Part shown: piece after piece, positions 55,587 through 64,000 of the stretch
How positions within the stretch are numbered: the stretch's first letter is position 1
Layout: each line of letters opens with the position of its first letter
Virus record (IMG/VR): IMGVR_UViG_3300017569_000129
Location: 488-64,487 of that record
Source: a virus
Taxonomy: Duplodnaviria > Caudoviricetes
DNA length: 64,000 nucleotides
Strand: one strand, 5' to 3'
Made by a program: the position numbers and the translations under genes
The notes under the pieces: generated by a model
The model's input: the letters and a program-made list of their open reading frames with translations, nothing else
Told to the model about the DNA's origin: nothing
The model's database searches: none

Positions 55587-56729
55587 TCAGTTAGCTCTGC
55601 TATGGCTGGCTATTAGGTTATAGACTTTTTGGAGCTTCACGGTGTCATTGGGGGAAGGCAAAGGCGTGAAGAAGTTTGTCGCGCCGTCAAAGTACAGCCC
55701 GATCATGCCGTTGCTCTCTCCCTCCCTGTTGAGAACCACCTCCAGAAACCTCGCGTAGCCCCGCAGCTTGGTTATGTCATAGCCGTTGGAGGTGTTGGGA
55801 TAGCGGGGCAGCTCAAAGGAGAAGGGATTGGTGATACCCAGCATCATTGAACATGCCTTGCCAGGGTCCTTGGAATCCGCAATGCCGTTAAAGGTGGGTC
55901 TTATCTTATTGGACTTGAAAGCGTCAAGACTTAACGTCTCGGAGTTTTGCTGAATCACCATGACAGGGATATAATTATACTTGTTCCTAACAATCATGTG
56001 ATATTCAGTCAGTTTGTCTATGGCTCCCTTGAGGCTCTTGTCCTTGATGCTGCTGTTAGCCTCATTGGCCGTAAGTCCCGCATGGTCCCAAATGGATATT
56101 ACATACTCGTTCTTGTCCTTCGGCTCATAATAGTCAAAGACTTCCCTTTCCTGCCTCACGCCAGTCTCCTTGTTCTCTATCACCACGTTCTTCCGGTGGA
56201 TTGTCCCCGCTTCCGCAGCGTACCCGTCAAGGTCTTTCCAGTATCCGGTAGGATGTCTCGCGCTCATGAAGTGCACATGTTCCTCGAAGAACCTCAATAC
56301 GCTTTGGTACTCAAGGCTGTGCAGTATCTTCAATATCCTCTCATCCACCGCCTTGTTGGAGTTTACGGACTGCAAGTCCAATGGCGATATTCTGATTCTG
56401 AAGTCTGACATGGTGTAGAGGAGATAAGACATGAACCTGAGAGTGACCTTTTCCACGGCTTCCTCCAAAGCGTAATAGAACACCTGCACCCTTACCTGGT
56501 CAGGATGGTTGTAGGCATACAGGATTGGGGTATAGAGGAACAGGAAGTTGGTCAGCTGGCTCTTGCCTCCCTTGCTTGAGCCTGACACAAGGTAAAACTT
56601 GCCTTGCTCTATGCCGGGAAAGTCCCTGCGGAAAGAGGGAAAGGGCAGGGGGATGCAGTTTATGCCTCCCTCAAGGACTCTCCTCCTCCTCTGCTCAAGG
56701 TTGCTGAGCACTCTGTCAATCAAACTCAT
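55587..56729 (-). CDS. dnaB: DnaB-like replicative helicase
   Basis: GSSKGGKS, YALEE, IWDH, VIQQ, DSKD and LNREG. Confidence 0.85.
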   Translation of the reverse strand: MSLIDRVLSNLEQRRRRVLEGGINCIPLPFPSFRRDFPGIEQGKFYLVSGSSKGGKSQLTNFLFLYTPILYAYNHPDQVRVQVFYYALEEAVEKVTLRFMSYLLYTMSDFRIRISPLDLQSVNSNKAVDERILKILHSLEYQSVLRFFEEHVHFMSARHPTGYWKDLDGYAAEAGTIHRKNVVIENKETGVRQEREVFDYYEPKDKNEYVISIWDHAGLTANEANSSIKDKSLKGAIDKLTEYHMIVRNKYNYIPVMVIQQNSETLSLDAFKSNKIRPTFNGIADSKDPGKACSMMLGITNPFSFELPRYPNTSNGYDITKLRGYARFLEVVLNREGESNGMIGLYFDGATNFFTPLPSPNDTVKLQKVYNLIASHSRAN

Positions 56730-56741
56730 AAACTGTACGGT

Positions 56742-57227
56742 CTATATGTGTATTGTGTAAGGGGGCTTGCCAAGCAGCTGCTGCTGGCGCTCCAGCTCCT
56801 TCTCCATGAATCGCGAGAACTTGCGCGACCCTTCGTTATACTGCCTGTACTGGTCCTCAAGGGAGGCAACAATCTTCTCGCACAGCGTGCGGCACAGGTT
56901 GTAGGCCTTCTTCTTGGCTCTGCTCTCGGCAAGACGGACACCCAAGTCATGGTCAGGCTTGTCCTTCTTGTTTCTCACAGCTTTGGCCTTCACAGTGAAC
57001 ACCGCTTTCCCGTGGGAGAACCCCAAGGGAATATCGCTGTCCCTTACGAATCCCGTCTTGGCCGAAGGATGGTTCACCACCCAGCTTACCACCGGCTCAG
57101 GCAGGTAGTCAGGCACGGGAATCTCGCCTGAGAGAGCGCAGACAGTGCATCTCCCGTAGATGTCAACGGACTTGCCCGTGAACTTGCACTTGATTTTCGA
57201 CTCGTTGAAATACTTGTGATTAACCAT
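56742..57227 (-). CDS. Phage hypothetical protein (161 aa)
   Basis: AKAVR..D..D...G..LAESRAK motif. Confidence 0.65.
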   Translation of the reverse strand: MVNHKYFNESKIKCKFTGKSVDIYGRCTVCALSGEIPVPDYLPEPVVSWVVNHPSAKTGFVRDSDIPLGFSHGKAVFTVKAKAVRNKKDKPDHDLGVRLAESRAKKKAYNLCRTLCEKIVASLEDQYRQYNEGSRKFSRFMEKELERQQQLLGKPPYTIHI

Positions 57228-57238
57228 AATCTAAAGAG

Positions 57239-57850
57239 TTAGTTTCTTGTGAAATTGAACCAGTCGTCCGCAGGGACGGCGTTCTCCTGCCCCTCGTTCT
57301 GAAGATAGTCAGCCAAAAGGGAGGTCTCCTCAAAATGCCCAGAGCCGTCCTCGTCAGTGACGAGCTTGTTCTTGAAGATGAAGTACTTTGAGAGCGTCCT
57401 GAACTTAGGGTCATTGTCCTTTTCAAGGTTGTACCTCTTAGCCGCGTCAATGATGCGCTTCCTGACAGCGTCCGAGGGCTTGTACTCAGGGTGCGTGGCA
57501 AAGAACTTCTTGAACCTGAGGACAAGCTCGCGGGTGTTGCAGCGGTAATAATACGCGGTGCCGGGCATCTTGCCCTGCGGAAATGTCTTCGCGAAGTCCT
57601 TTGCGAGACTTGCGAGCCACTCCTCGTCAGTGGCAAGGCCCGCCGAGTCAGCGAGAATCTCGTCAACCTCGTCGTTCCAATGCTGGGTAACAAGATAGTT
57701 GCCAGTGTCGGTCTTGACCAGGACCTGCCTGTCAACAAGCTCATCAACAGTGCCCGCGAGGCTGCCCTCCCTTATGGAAAGGAGCAGCAGCAGCTGCGCG
57801 GGGGTGAGATGATGCCTTGTGCAGAGCTTTTCGTCAATAGTGATTTTCAT
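57239..57850 (-). CDS. Putative replication initiator/helicase-loader-like protein
   Basis: HTH-like N-terminus, FPQGK.PGT and YFIFK; lies between the SF2 helicase and DnaB. Confidence 0.55.
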   Translation of the reverse strand: MKITIDEKLCTRHHLTPAQLLLLLSIREGSLAGTVDELVDRQVLVKTDTGNYLVTQHWNDEVDEILADSAGLATDEEWLASLAKDFAKTFPQGKMPGTAYYYRCNTRELVLRFKKFFATHPEYKPSDAVRKRIIDAAKRYNLEKDNDPKFRTLSKYFIFKNKLVTDEDGSGHFEETSLLADYLQNEGQENAVPADDWFNFTRN

Positions 57851-59049
57851 TTGATGATGTCATTTAGTGTTTGGCATGTTCTGACAAGGCTCTTGTCATA
57901 GCCTTCGGTCATCTTCTCCATAATCTCCTCCTCACGGGTGTTCCTGTAGTAGGGGATGATGATTACGGGATGCTTGTGCCTCAAGAGCCTGCCTGTGCGC
58001 TGCACCTGCACCGTCTCCGAGGCGTTAAGGTTGGCGAAGATGCCGTACTGGCAGTCTGTGAGGTTGACTCCCTCGTTGAGGACCTGGCAGGCGGTAATGT
58101 GGCTTATAGCCCCCTTGTTAAAGAGGTTCAGATGCAGCCCTGCGTCGCTGTTCTTCGAGTGGATGCAGTACTTGCCGAGCAGCTCTGACTGCTCTATGGA
58201 CTTGCAGAAGGTGAGAGTCCTCTTGTCACGCAGGACATGAAGGAGCCTCTGGACAAAGCCGTTCTTGGAGTTGGCGAGGAACTTGAGCCTCTGGTCGCAG
58301 AGGTGGAGCCACTTGAACTTCATTCCCTCAAAGTGAGTCCTCTCCCAGGAGTTCTTGCAATAGAGAATCTCATTGTTTATCCACTGGAGGTACTGCCTCT
58401 TGGTGGCGCGGAGCTTGGCGTGGACTTTCTGCTTCTTGAACCTCCAGTAGTCAACAGCGTAACTGCCTGTGAAGACCTGCCCCTTGACCTTGGGGTTAAT
58501 CTCAACCACTTGAGTCTCGGCTTTGTTGTCAAGGTCAAGGGGAAAGAGGATAATCTCAGGCTCAGGGAGCACGTCATCGGTGATGGCGTCCTGCAAGGAA
58601 GCCTTGATGAAGTCAGCGTGTAGGAAGAACTTGAGCCACAGCCTCAAGGACTTGGGGAACGTGGCTGAGAGAAACAGCGCTTTCTCCCTGATTTTGAGAG
58701 TCTTGAACAGGTCTTGGCGAAGCTCAGACTTGAGGTGGTGGGCCTCGTCAGCCACCACTATGTCAAAGGTCTCGCCGGCGTGCTTCTTCAAAGACTCGTA
58801 GCACTCAATAGTGAGGTCAAGGGAGTTTTTGAAGCCTCCCCACTTACGGATTTCGTCAAGCCAGTTCTGCTTGTGAACCGTCTTGGCCACAAGGAGGAGG
58901 ATTTTTAGACGCGGCTTCCGGGAGCACAGGGTGTTGCAGAGGTCAACGGCCATCTTTGACTTGCCGAAGCCTGTGGCCAGCTCAAGAGCCACGCACTTGT
59001 TGCGCCTGAAGCTCTCAAGAGCCGAGGTATAGACATCTTGTCTTGTCAT
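57847..59049 (-). CDS. Superfamily 2 (DEAH) helicase
   Basis: ATGFGKS, DEAHH, LSAT, LNEGVN and QRTGRLLR. Confidence 0.9.
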   Translation of the reverse strand: MTRQDVYTSALESFRRNKCVALELATGFGKSKMAVDLCNTLCSRKPRLKILLLVAKTVHKQNWLDEIRKWGGFKNSLDLTIECYESLKKHAGETFDIVVADEAHHLKSELRQDLFKTLKIREKALFLSATFPKSLRLWLKFFLHADFIKASLQDAITDDVLPEPEIILFPLDLDNKAETQVVEINPKVKGQVFTGSYAVDYWRFKKQKVHAKLRATKRQYLQWINNEILYCKNSWERTHFEGMKFKWLHLCDQRLKFLANSKNGFVQRLLHVLRDKRTLTFCKSIEQSELLGKYCIHSKNSDAGLHLNLFNKGAISHITACQVLNEGVNLTDCQYGIFANLNASETVQVQRTGRLLRHKHPVIIIPYYRNTREEEIMEKMTEGYDKSLVRTCQTLNDIIK

Positions 59050-59068
59050 ATATGCTTTTCATTACTGT

Positions 59069-59323
59069 TTATACTGCCCTTTCATGGGCTTCAACAGATG
59101 AGAGCCATCTGTCAGCCTCCTGCTTCTCAACGTAGCTCTTGGTCTCGTCAGGAGGAAGGAAGTCAGGGGACTGCTCCACGGGGACTTCTCCGCAGAGAAT
59201 GTCGTCAAGGCACTCCCGGAGGGCGTCCCTGTAGCCTGAGGCGTAGTCAGAGCGGTCTTCCCTGTAGGAGGCGAGCCTGCCGTCCCACAGCTGGAGAAGT
59301 TCTAAAAGGTCTTGTCTTGTCAT
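59069..59323 (-). CDS. Hypothetical protein (84 aa)
   Basis: ORF with ATGA-type coupling. Confidence 0.6.
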   Translation of the reverse strand: MTRQDLLELLQLWDGRLASYREDRSDYASGYRDALRECLDDILCGEVPVEQSPDFLPPDETKSYVEKQEADRWLSSVEAHERAV

Positions 59324-59541
59324 AACGTGAACAGGTAAACGCGCTTAATCCTGCGCGACCATACCCTGTTGCCGTTCTTGTCATGCCATGTGTAAGGCTC
59401 CCAGTACTCGAAGAAAATCTTTCTGCGGTTGTATGGGAGGATTACCGTGGCTATGTGCGGCCTGTACTTCCTGTAGAGGCTGTACAGGTTGCACAGCACG
59501 GCGAAGGATATGAGCAGGAGCAAAAATGTTTTGTCGCTCAT
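59320..59541 (-). CDS. Small membrane-anchored protein (73 aa)
   Basis: N-terminal hydrophobic helix. Confidence 0.55.
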   Translation of the reverse strand: MSDKTFLLLLISFAVLCNLYSLYRKYRPHIATVILPYNRRKIFFEYWEPYTWHDKNGNRVWSRRIKRVYLFTL

Positions 59542-59566
59542 AGTGTGAATGTTAAAAAACGAGAGC

Positions 59567-59713
59567 TTACCTGGCTATGAAGTAGTCAAAGCGGGTGGCG
59601 TGGAGGTCATGCTTGATAGCGTTGCAGACCTGCTGTATCTCCCCGTTGGGCACTTGGGTCATGTTGATGACCTGCTCACAGCCGTCAGGCAGCTGGAAAT
59701 GAACTGTTGCCAT
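59567..59713 (-). CDS. 48-aa protein MATVHFQLPDG... (not in ORF track)
   Basis: ATG to TAA; fills the gap between neighbours. Confidence 0.5.
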   Translation of the reverse strand: MATVHFQLPDGCEQVINMTQVPNGEIQQVCNAIKHDLHATRFDYFIAR

Positions 59714-59724
59714 GATTAATAAGT

Positions 59725-60012
59725 TTAAAAGCCCAAGAGTCTCAGGATGCGGCGGAACACCGTCTTTGTGGAGGGTATGCCCTTGCCGTTCTTGCGGTTG
59801 AATGACTTATGGTGCTCCGAGACTGTGAAGAAGGCTATGGAGTCAGGCCTCTTCGAGAGGTTCTGATACCAGTGGGCCGCCACACTTTTGGGAGTGCGGT
59901 CAAGCTCCTCGCCGACAATCATGAAGCACTTTGTTAGGTTTTGCGGGAAAGCCTTAACCTGACGGAGAAGCCTACTGTCTTCAGCTTCTGTCCATTTTCT
60001 TTGTTGTGTCAT
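59725..60012 (-). CDS. Myb/SANT-like HTH protein
   Basis: KWTEAED..L and RTPKSV..HW. Confidence 0.7.
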   Translation of the reverse strand: MTQQRKWTEAEDSRLLRQVKAFPQNLTKCFMIVGEELDRTPKSVAAHWYQNLSKRPDSIAFFTVSEHHKSFNRKNGKGIPSTKTVFRRILRLLGF

Positions 60013-60287
60013 ATAAATATATGTATGTAAGGCGCTCAGAGCGCCGTGTTCGCTACAGATAAAGGGGCGGTCCCCTCTCCGCCGTTGGAAAAAACGCTAA
60101 CCGAGATTGCGGCGGAGGGGGAGGCCCCGGCTTCCGGACCCAATAAAGCGAAAGTCCGGAAGTCCTCTCACGCGCCATTCACATGGGGCGGAAAGGAGGT
60201 GTTACCATTGAAAACAACCTAAACCTATGTTCTTTGAAAGAAATGAAAACCTTTAAAACAAATTTAAAACTATGAATCAATAAAGCG

Positions 60288-60361
60288 TGGCCGGTATGGG
60301 AGTCCAACCCATAGTCTGCTCTTTAGGAGAGAGCCGCTTTATGCTGTTAAGCTAACCAGCC
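60288..60361 (-). tRNA. tRNA-Arg(CCT)
   Basis: Cloverleaf: acceptor GGCTGGT/ACCGGCC, D stem GCTT/AAGC, anticodon arm GCTCT-CTCCTAA-AGAGC, T arm ATGGG-TTGGACT-CCCAT; no encoded CCA. Confidence 0.9.
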
Positions 60362-60367
60362 TGAAAT

Positions 60368-60540
60368 GCGGGAAGGGCGCGTGGGGGATGACAAGAGTTC
60401 TTTATGTTCACGATGTTCTATGACTGAGTTTATGCGATTGCCCTCGGAAGACCGCGCCTGTCTTCTCTTTCATGAGGGCTTGCCCCCTTTGTCTTCCCGC
60501 AAGAGGAGTCCCGCTGCGCTTTCGCGTGACGGGACTTTGA
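60368..60540 (-). ncRNA. Structured RNA upstream of the tRNA (GAAA hairpin plus pseudoknotted domain)
   Basis: Several GC-rich stems; promoter TACCTTTG at 60578-60585. Confidence 0.5.
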
Positions 60541-60661
60541 TGCCTACCAGATTGCAATTATAAGAGTAAATCCGACGCAAAGGTAGGAGTTTGAAACATA
60601 ATAAGCCAATGTATTAAGGCGGCTGTTAGAAGATTGAAGCGGAAGTGTTAGGTTTCCGCCG

Positions 60662-61052
60662 TCAATGGAAGATGATTACGCAGAACAAGGCCATGATGGC
60701 GAGAAGCAGGCAGCAGGCTCCTGAGAGGAGGGTGTCTTTGGTCTCGGCGCTCATGGCTTCTGCGTTTTATGGTTAAGCGAGGCTTGCACTGACGTGTAGT
60801 CCCGCACAAGGTCGTTCATCACTGGGTCAAGCTCTCTGTGAAAGAAGAGGAAGCAGGCTGAGGTCTCTTTGAGCTCGGCCTTGATGTCCCTGATTGCGGC
60901 TGTCTTCGCTGTCATGGCCTTAGCGCTTTAGAGGTTTGGGACTTGAACAGGGAGCGCCTGTCCGTTTTCTTATGGTTGAGCAGATAAAGGTCTGCCTTGC
61001 CTGTGGCGTGCGAGAACATGCATACCGCCACTTTTTCGATGTAAGTTGTCAT
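60662..61052 (-). CDS. Three ATGA-coupled micro-ORFs: 60912-61052 (46 aa), 60751-60915 (54 aa), 60662-60754 (30 aa, hydrophobic)
   Basis: Consecutive stop/start overlaps; AT-rich leader. Confidence 0.5.
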
Positions 61053-61278
61053 AGTGTTTTGATTGTTTTAATTGTTTTATTCAATGCTGCCCTGTTACTG
61101 TTACCATCACTGTTTTTACCGAACAGGCTATGGCTGCCAGGCGTATTTGATGGTCCATTTGGGGTTTCTTAAATAGCGGGAATAGAGCTTCTGGTAATCA
61201 GAGGAGGCTTCCATTATGCGCCCATACTGGTCCAAGAGGATATAGATCATTGCTATGTGTTAAGACAGAAAGGCTGTA

Positions 61279-61686
61279 CTATTCATACAGCCTTTCTTGC
61301 ATTTCCCTTCTATATTGGGAATAGTCGGAGTCATATTCATCTGAGAAACCGTGCTCTCCTGGTGTAGCAATATTGCAGGGCACTGCAAAGGATACTCTTT
61401 CCTTAGTCTCCTTGCACCATCCTACTATGGATTTGCCTCTAATGACGATGACGACATTGAAGTTCAGTCCATCAAAGCAGTGACTCCTACCATCATTAAA
61501 CTCTGATATTAGCATATCATATATGTTCTGTGAGATTGGGAACTGTTGGTATTGCCTGTTTCTGTAGTATAACAGACCTGACATCCTCATTCCAAACAGT
61601 TTTTCTGTAGCTGTTAGGGGATTGTGTGCCATGAAACTCTTATTCCAGTTGGGATAGGTTTCTCTAAATTCGTTTACTTGTAACAT
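61279..61686 (-). CDS. Hypothetical early protein (135 aa)
   Basis: ORF with AT-rich leader. Confidence 0.6.
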   Translation of the reverse strand: MLQVNEFRETYPNWNKSFMAHNPLTATEKLFGMRMSGLLYYRNRQYQQFPISQNIYDMLISEFNDGRSHCFDGLNFNVVIVIRGKSIVGWCKETKERVSFAVPCNIATPGEHGFSDEYDSDYSQYRREMQERLYE

Positions 61687-61980
61687 AGTTTTGTTGTTTT
61701 AGAGGGTTATTTTTATGCTTTCTATCTGCATTTTAGAGGCTTTAGACTCTCGATATTTGCAATATCGGCTGCATTAAAAGCGCGGATTAGGGGTGTTTTT
61801 TAAGGATATTTGGGAGTTGGAATTGTCAGGATAGGCAGTAAAAAAAGAGAATAGGGTAGAGATTAAGTCTAAGGCTGATATTTCAAAGAGTAGCAAGAAT
61901 GTTGGGTGGATGTGACAGTCTAACATCCTTGCAACTCTCTGATAATCAATGAATTACAAACTTTTTGTACTCTGAAAACC

Positions 61981-62016
61981 TTACATTTAATGTAAAATGT
62001 TTTTACGTTAAATGTA
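61981..62016. promoter_or_regulatory. 17-bp AT-rich inverted repeat (operator or terminator)
   Basis: TTACATTTAATGTAAAA / TTTTACGTTAAATGTAA, one mismatch. Confidence 0.55.
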
Positions 62017-62032
62017 AAGTATTTTCAAGTAT

Positions 62033-62344
62033 TTACAGCAAATCGACATCTTGCCAGGTGTCAGCTCCATTAGAGCAGAGCTTGTAAGAGCCAGTGTTGA
62101 GTTCGCAGACTTGGAGGTCATTCTTTCTCGCGGCTATCTCTGCCGGGGTGAGCTCTCCGAGGTTGCGGCTGAACGAGACGAAGCAGCGTGAGCCGTCGTC
62201 CTTTGTGAAGACGCAAGACTTGAAGGTCTCTCCTGTCTCTTTGTTGGCAAACTGGCCTACCTGCATTCTGCCGTGCTCTCTGGCGAAGGCTAATAATGAC
62301 GCACTTGACTTAATTCCCACGTTTACTGAATTTGTGTTTGACAT
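62033..62344 (-). CDS. Hypothetical early protein (103 aa)
   Basis: First gene of the minus-strand module; start MSNTNS. Confidence 0.7.
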   Translation of the reverse strand: MSNTNSVNVGIKSSASLLAFAREHGRMQVGQFANKETGETFKSCVFTKDDGSRCFVSFSRNLGELTPAEIAARKNDLQVCELNTGSYKLCSNGADTWQDVDLL

Positions 62345-62504
62345 AACTTTGTTTGTTTTAATTGTTTTATTTTGCGCAGGACATAACCTTGCATGTCTGA
62401 CGAGTCCTGCAAATCTCGCCTGACATGCGGGAAGCAAGTCTTTCCCCTGCTCCTCCAAAATAAAGGAGGGTGGTGTGTCCCTTAATTGCTTGCAAGATAT
62501 AGGG

Positions 62505-62590
62505 TATTGTATATATGTTATATACTATATATATACTATTAATAATGTATATAATAATATGTACGCGCGTACATTATATATAATAGGAAC
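62505..62590. other. Putative replication origin element: AT-rich tract with 16-bp palindrome ATGTACGCGCGTACAT (62559-62574)
   Basis: Non-coding, at the divergence point of transcription. Confidence 0.4.
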
Positions 62591-62714
62591 ATGAAAGGGC
62601 TTTTTAAGGTGTGTCACTTGCTGTATCTATTTTTTCACTAACATTTTAATGATAAAAATCTAAATGTTTTCTTTAGGTGCTTGCAGGTGTCATTATATAT
62701 GCGTATATTTGCAG

Positions 62715-63130
62715 CGCCTTATGTGGGCAATGCCTAAGGAACATTGTTCACATTCATCCTAAAGCCCTTCCAATAAGAGTACGCTTAGGATTAGAAGTCG
62801 GCTTATCCAGTGCACTTTACACATAGCAACTGGGGTTATCGCCGATAGAGGCAAAAAAGCTCTTGATATAAGAGACGGAGACCAGCCCAGAGGCGGCCAG
62901 AGAAAGCAGGCGTTGACTGCTAATATCAAAAAGTGAAACCACAGTGGCACAGTACGGGAGTATAAATGGTCCTAAACAATCTTCCTTATAGGAGACTTGT
63001 TTACCTTGTAAGGTGGGAACTTACATTGATGGAGATAAATGGCTTGTGAAAGCGTCAATAACCCGCCCGTCTCGAAGTTTAAGAGTAAAAACCTTGCTGA
63101 ATCTGCTTTCAGTCGGGGTGCTCTAAGGGT
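62715..63130 (+). ncRNA. Candidate large structured ncRNA (~410 nt)
   Basis: Promoter TATATTTG at 62704-62711; nested local and long-range stems; no credible ORF. Confidence 0.55.
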
Positions 63131-63453
63131 AGAAAGATTATTAAAAACCAATATGGGAAATTATTTTACATTTTGGTTTTATGGATTGTTCCAATAATTC
63201 ATAGCTTGATTGTTCACAGCTCAATCACTCAGAATTTATGGAGTTTGGAAGTTGTGATTTGCTTTAAAGTTCATCTGCTGAAAAGAAATCTCAATCAAAA
63301 TCTTAATCTACAAAACAATGTTCTCATTCCAAGCGTTTTGGACTTGGCTTGTTCAACAGGCATTGTTCTCACAGGCTTGGATATAAGGCTTGATCAGCCA
63401 GCCCATTGCTGTGCGTGTAAGGGGATGAAACCATTGCTCTTACCTGAAGGAAC

Positions 63454-64000
63454 AAAAAAAGAAGGCTGAGAGGTTTTACCCTCCCAGCCTTATTGTGTTT
63501 TACACCTAAAACTACAAAGTCGTTTGCAACACATATTAACAGAAGGGGGAACTTGCGAATCAAAGAAAGGTCTCCCTGAGCAATCACCTTTAGGATTGAT
63601 GTTTTCTCCCACAGCTAACCATCTGTTTATGTACCGAACTTTGCAGAAACTGGTGTCCTCAACATCTTGGAAAGTTATTGAGTTTTTTAGAACTTTCCCA
63701 AAGACCAATAGTCATTGCTGACTACTGGTTTCGGGAATCTCTCACTTATTCTTGCGGCTACTTGATTGCAGTGTGAGTTCCCGCAATAAGTTTCTGTGGC
63801 CTCCGCGCAACCTAATTACTCATCTTACTATTATTCAGATTTTCTTATACGTTCCTTACGGACTCTTAGGTTTGTACCACTGTGCCTTTGTGTTCCCCAT
63901 AGCAGTATCGCTCTGCGTAACTTCTACAGTTTATGGGGAAATATTACTTATTTAAACCCAAAGGACCAATCCCACAGGGTTTCCCCTGTGAGATGGTCTG
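63454..64000 (-). ncRNA. Candidate large ornate ncRNA (ROOL/GOLLD-like class), 5' end probably beyond the window
   Basis: GNRA-capped hairpins on the minus strand, long-range stems, and a terminator at 63454-63491. Confidence 0.6.

Noticed and set aside
23542-56729. Introns or inteins in RNAP, polA or dnaB
   Set aside because: Frames are uninterrupted and no intein or homing endonuclease motifs were seen
60200-60290. Theta (HDV-like) ribozyme 3' of the tRNA
   Set aside because: Sequence immediately downstream is AT-rich without the nested pseudoknot; the structured element lies upstream instead
63173-63955. Short ORFs listed near the right end
   Set aside because: Overlapping on both strands with poor starts; better explained by structured RNA
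1-64000. Stop-codon reassignment (TAG or TGA), known in some crAss-like phages
   Set aside because: Giant genes are fully open in the standard code, genes end in TAA, TGA and TAG, and the tRNA anticodon is CCT, not a suppressor

Overview
A 64-kb segment of a crAss-like (Crassvirales-type) Bacteroidota phage, read in the standard genetic code. The + strand carries modular tail-fibre genes, an HU-like gene and three large virion cargo genes (up to 3.3 kaa). These converge on a minus-strand block holding a 1.6-kaa cargo protein with a nuclease insert and a 2.8-kaa virion-type RNA polymerase (DFDVD motif). The rest of the minus strand is an accessory and replication module: Panacea TA-like pair, ThyX, PolA, dUTPase, UDG, exonuclease, primase, SSB, Sak4-like ATPase, DnaB, SF2 helicase and tRNA-Arg(CCT). 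The standout is an apparently complete phage-encoded ubiquitin-like conjugation operon (Ubl precursor, E2, JAB, E1, coupled unknown ORF; 46911-52133) with an attenuator after the Ubl gene. The right end holds several structured non-coding RNA candidates around a putative origin. All calls come from motifs read by eye; no database searches were run.
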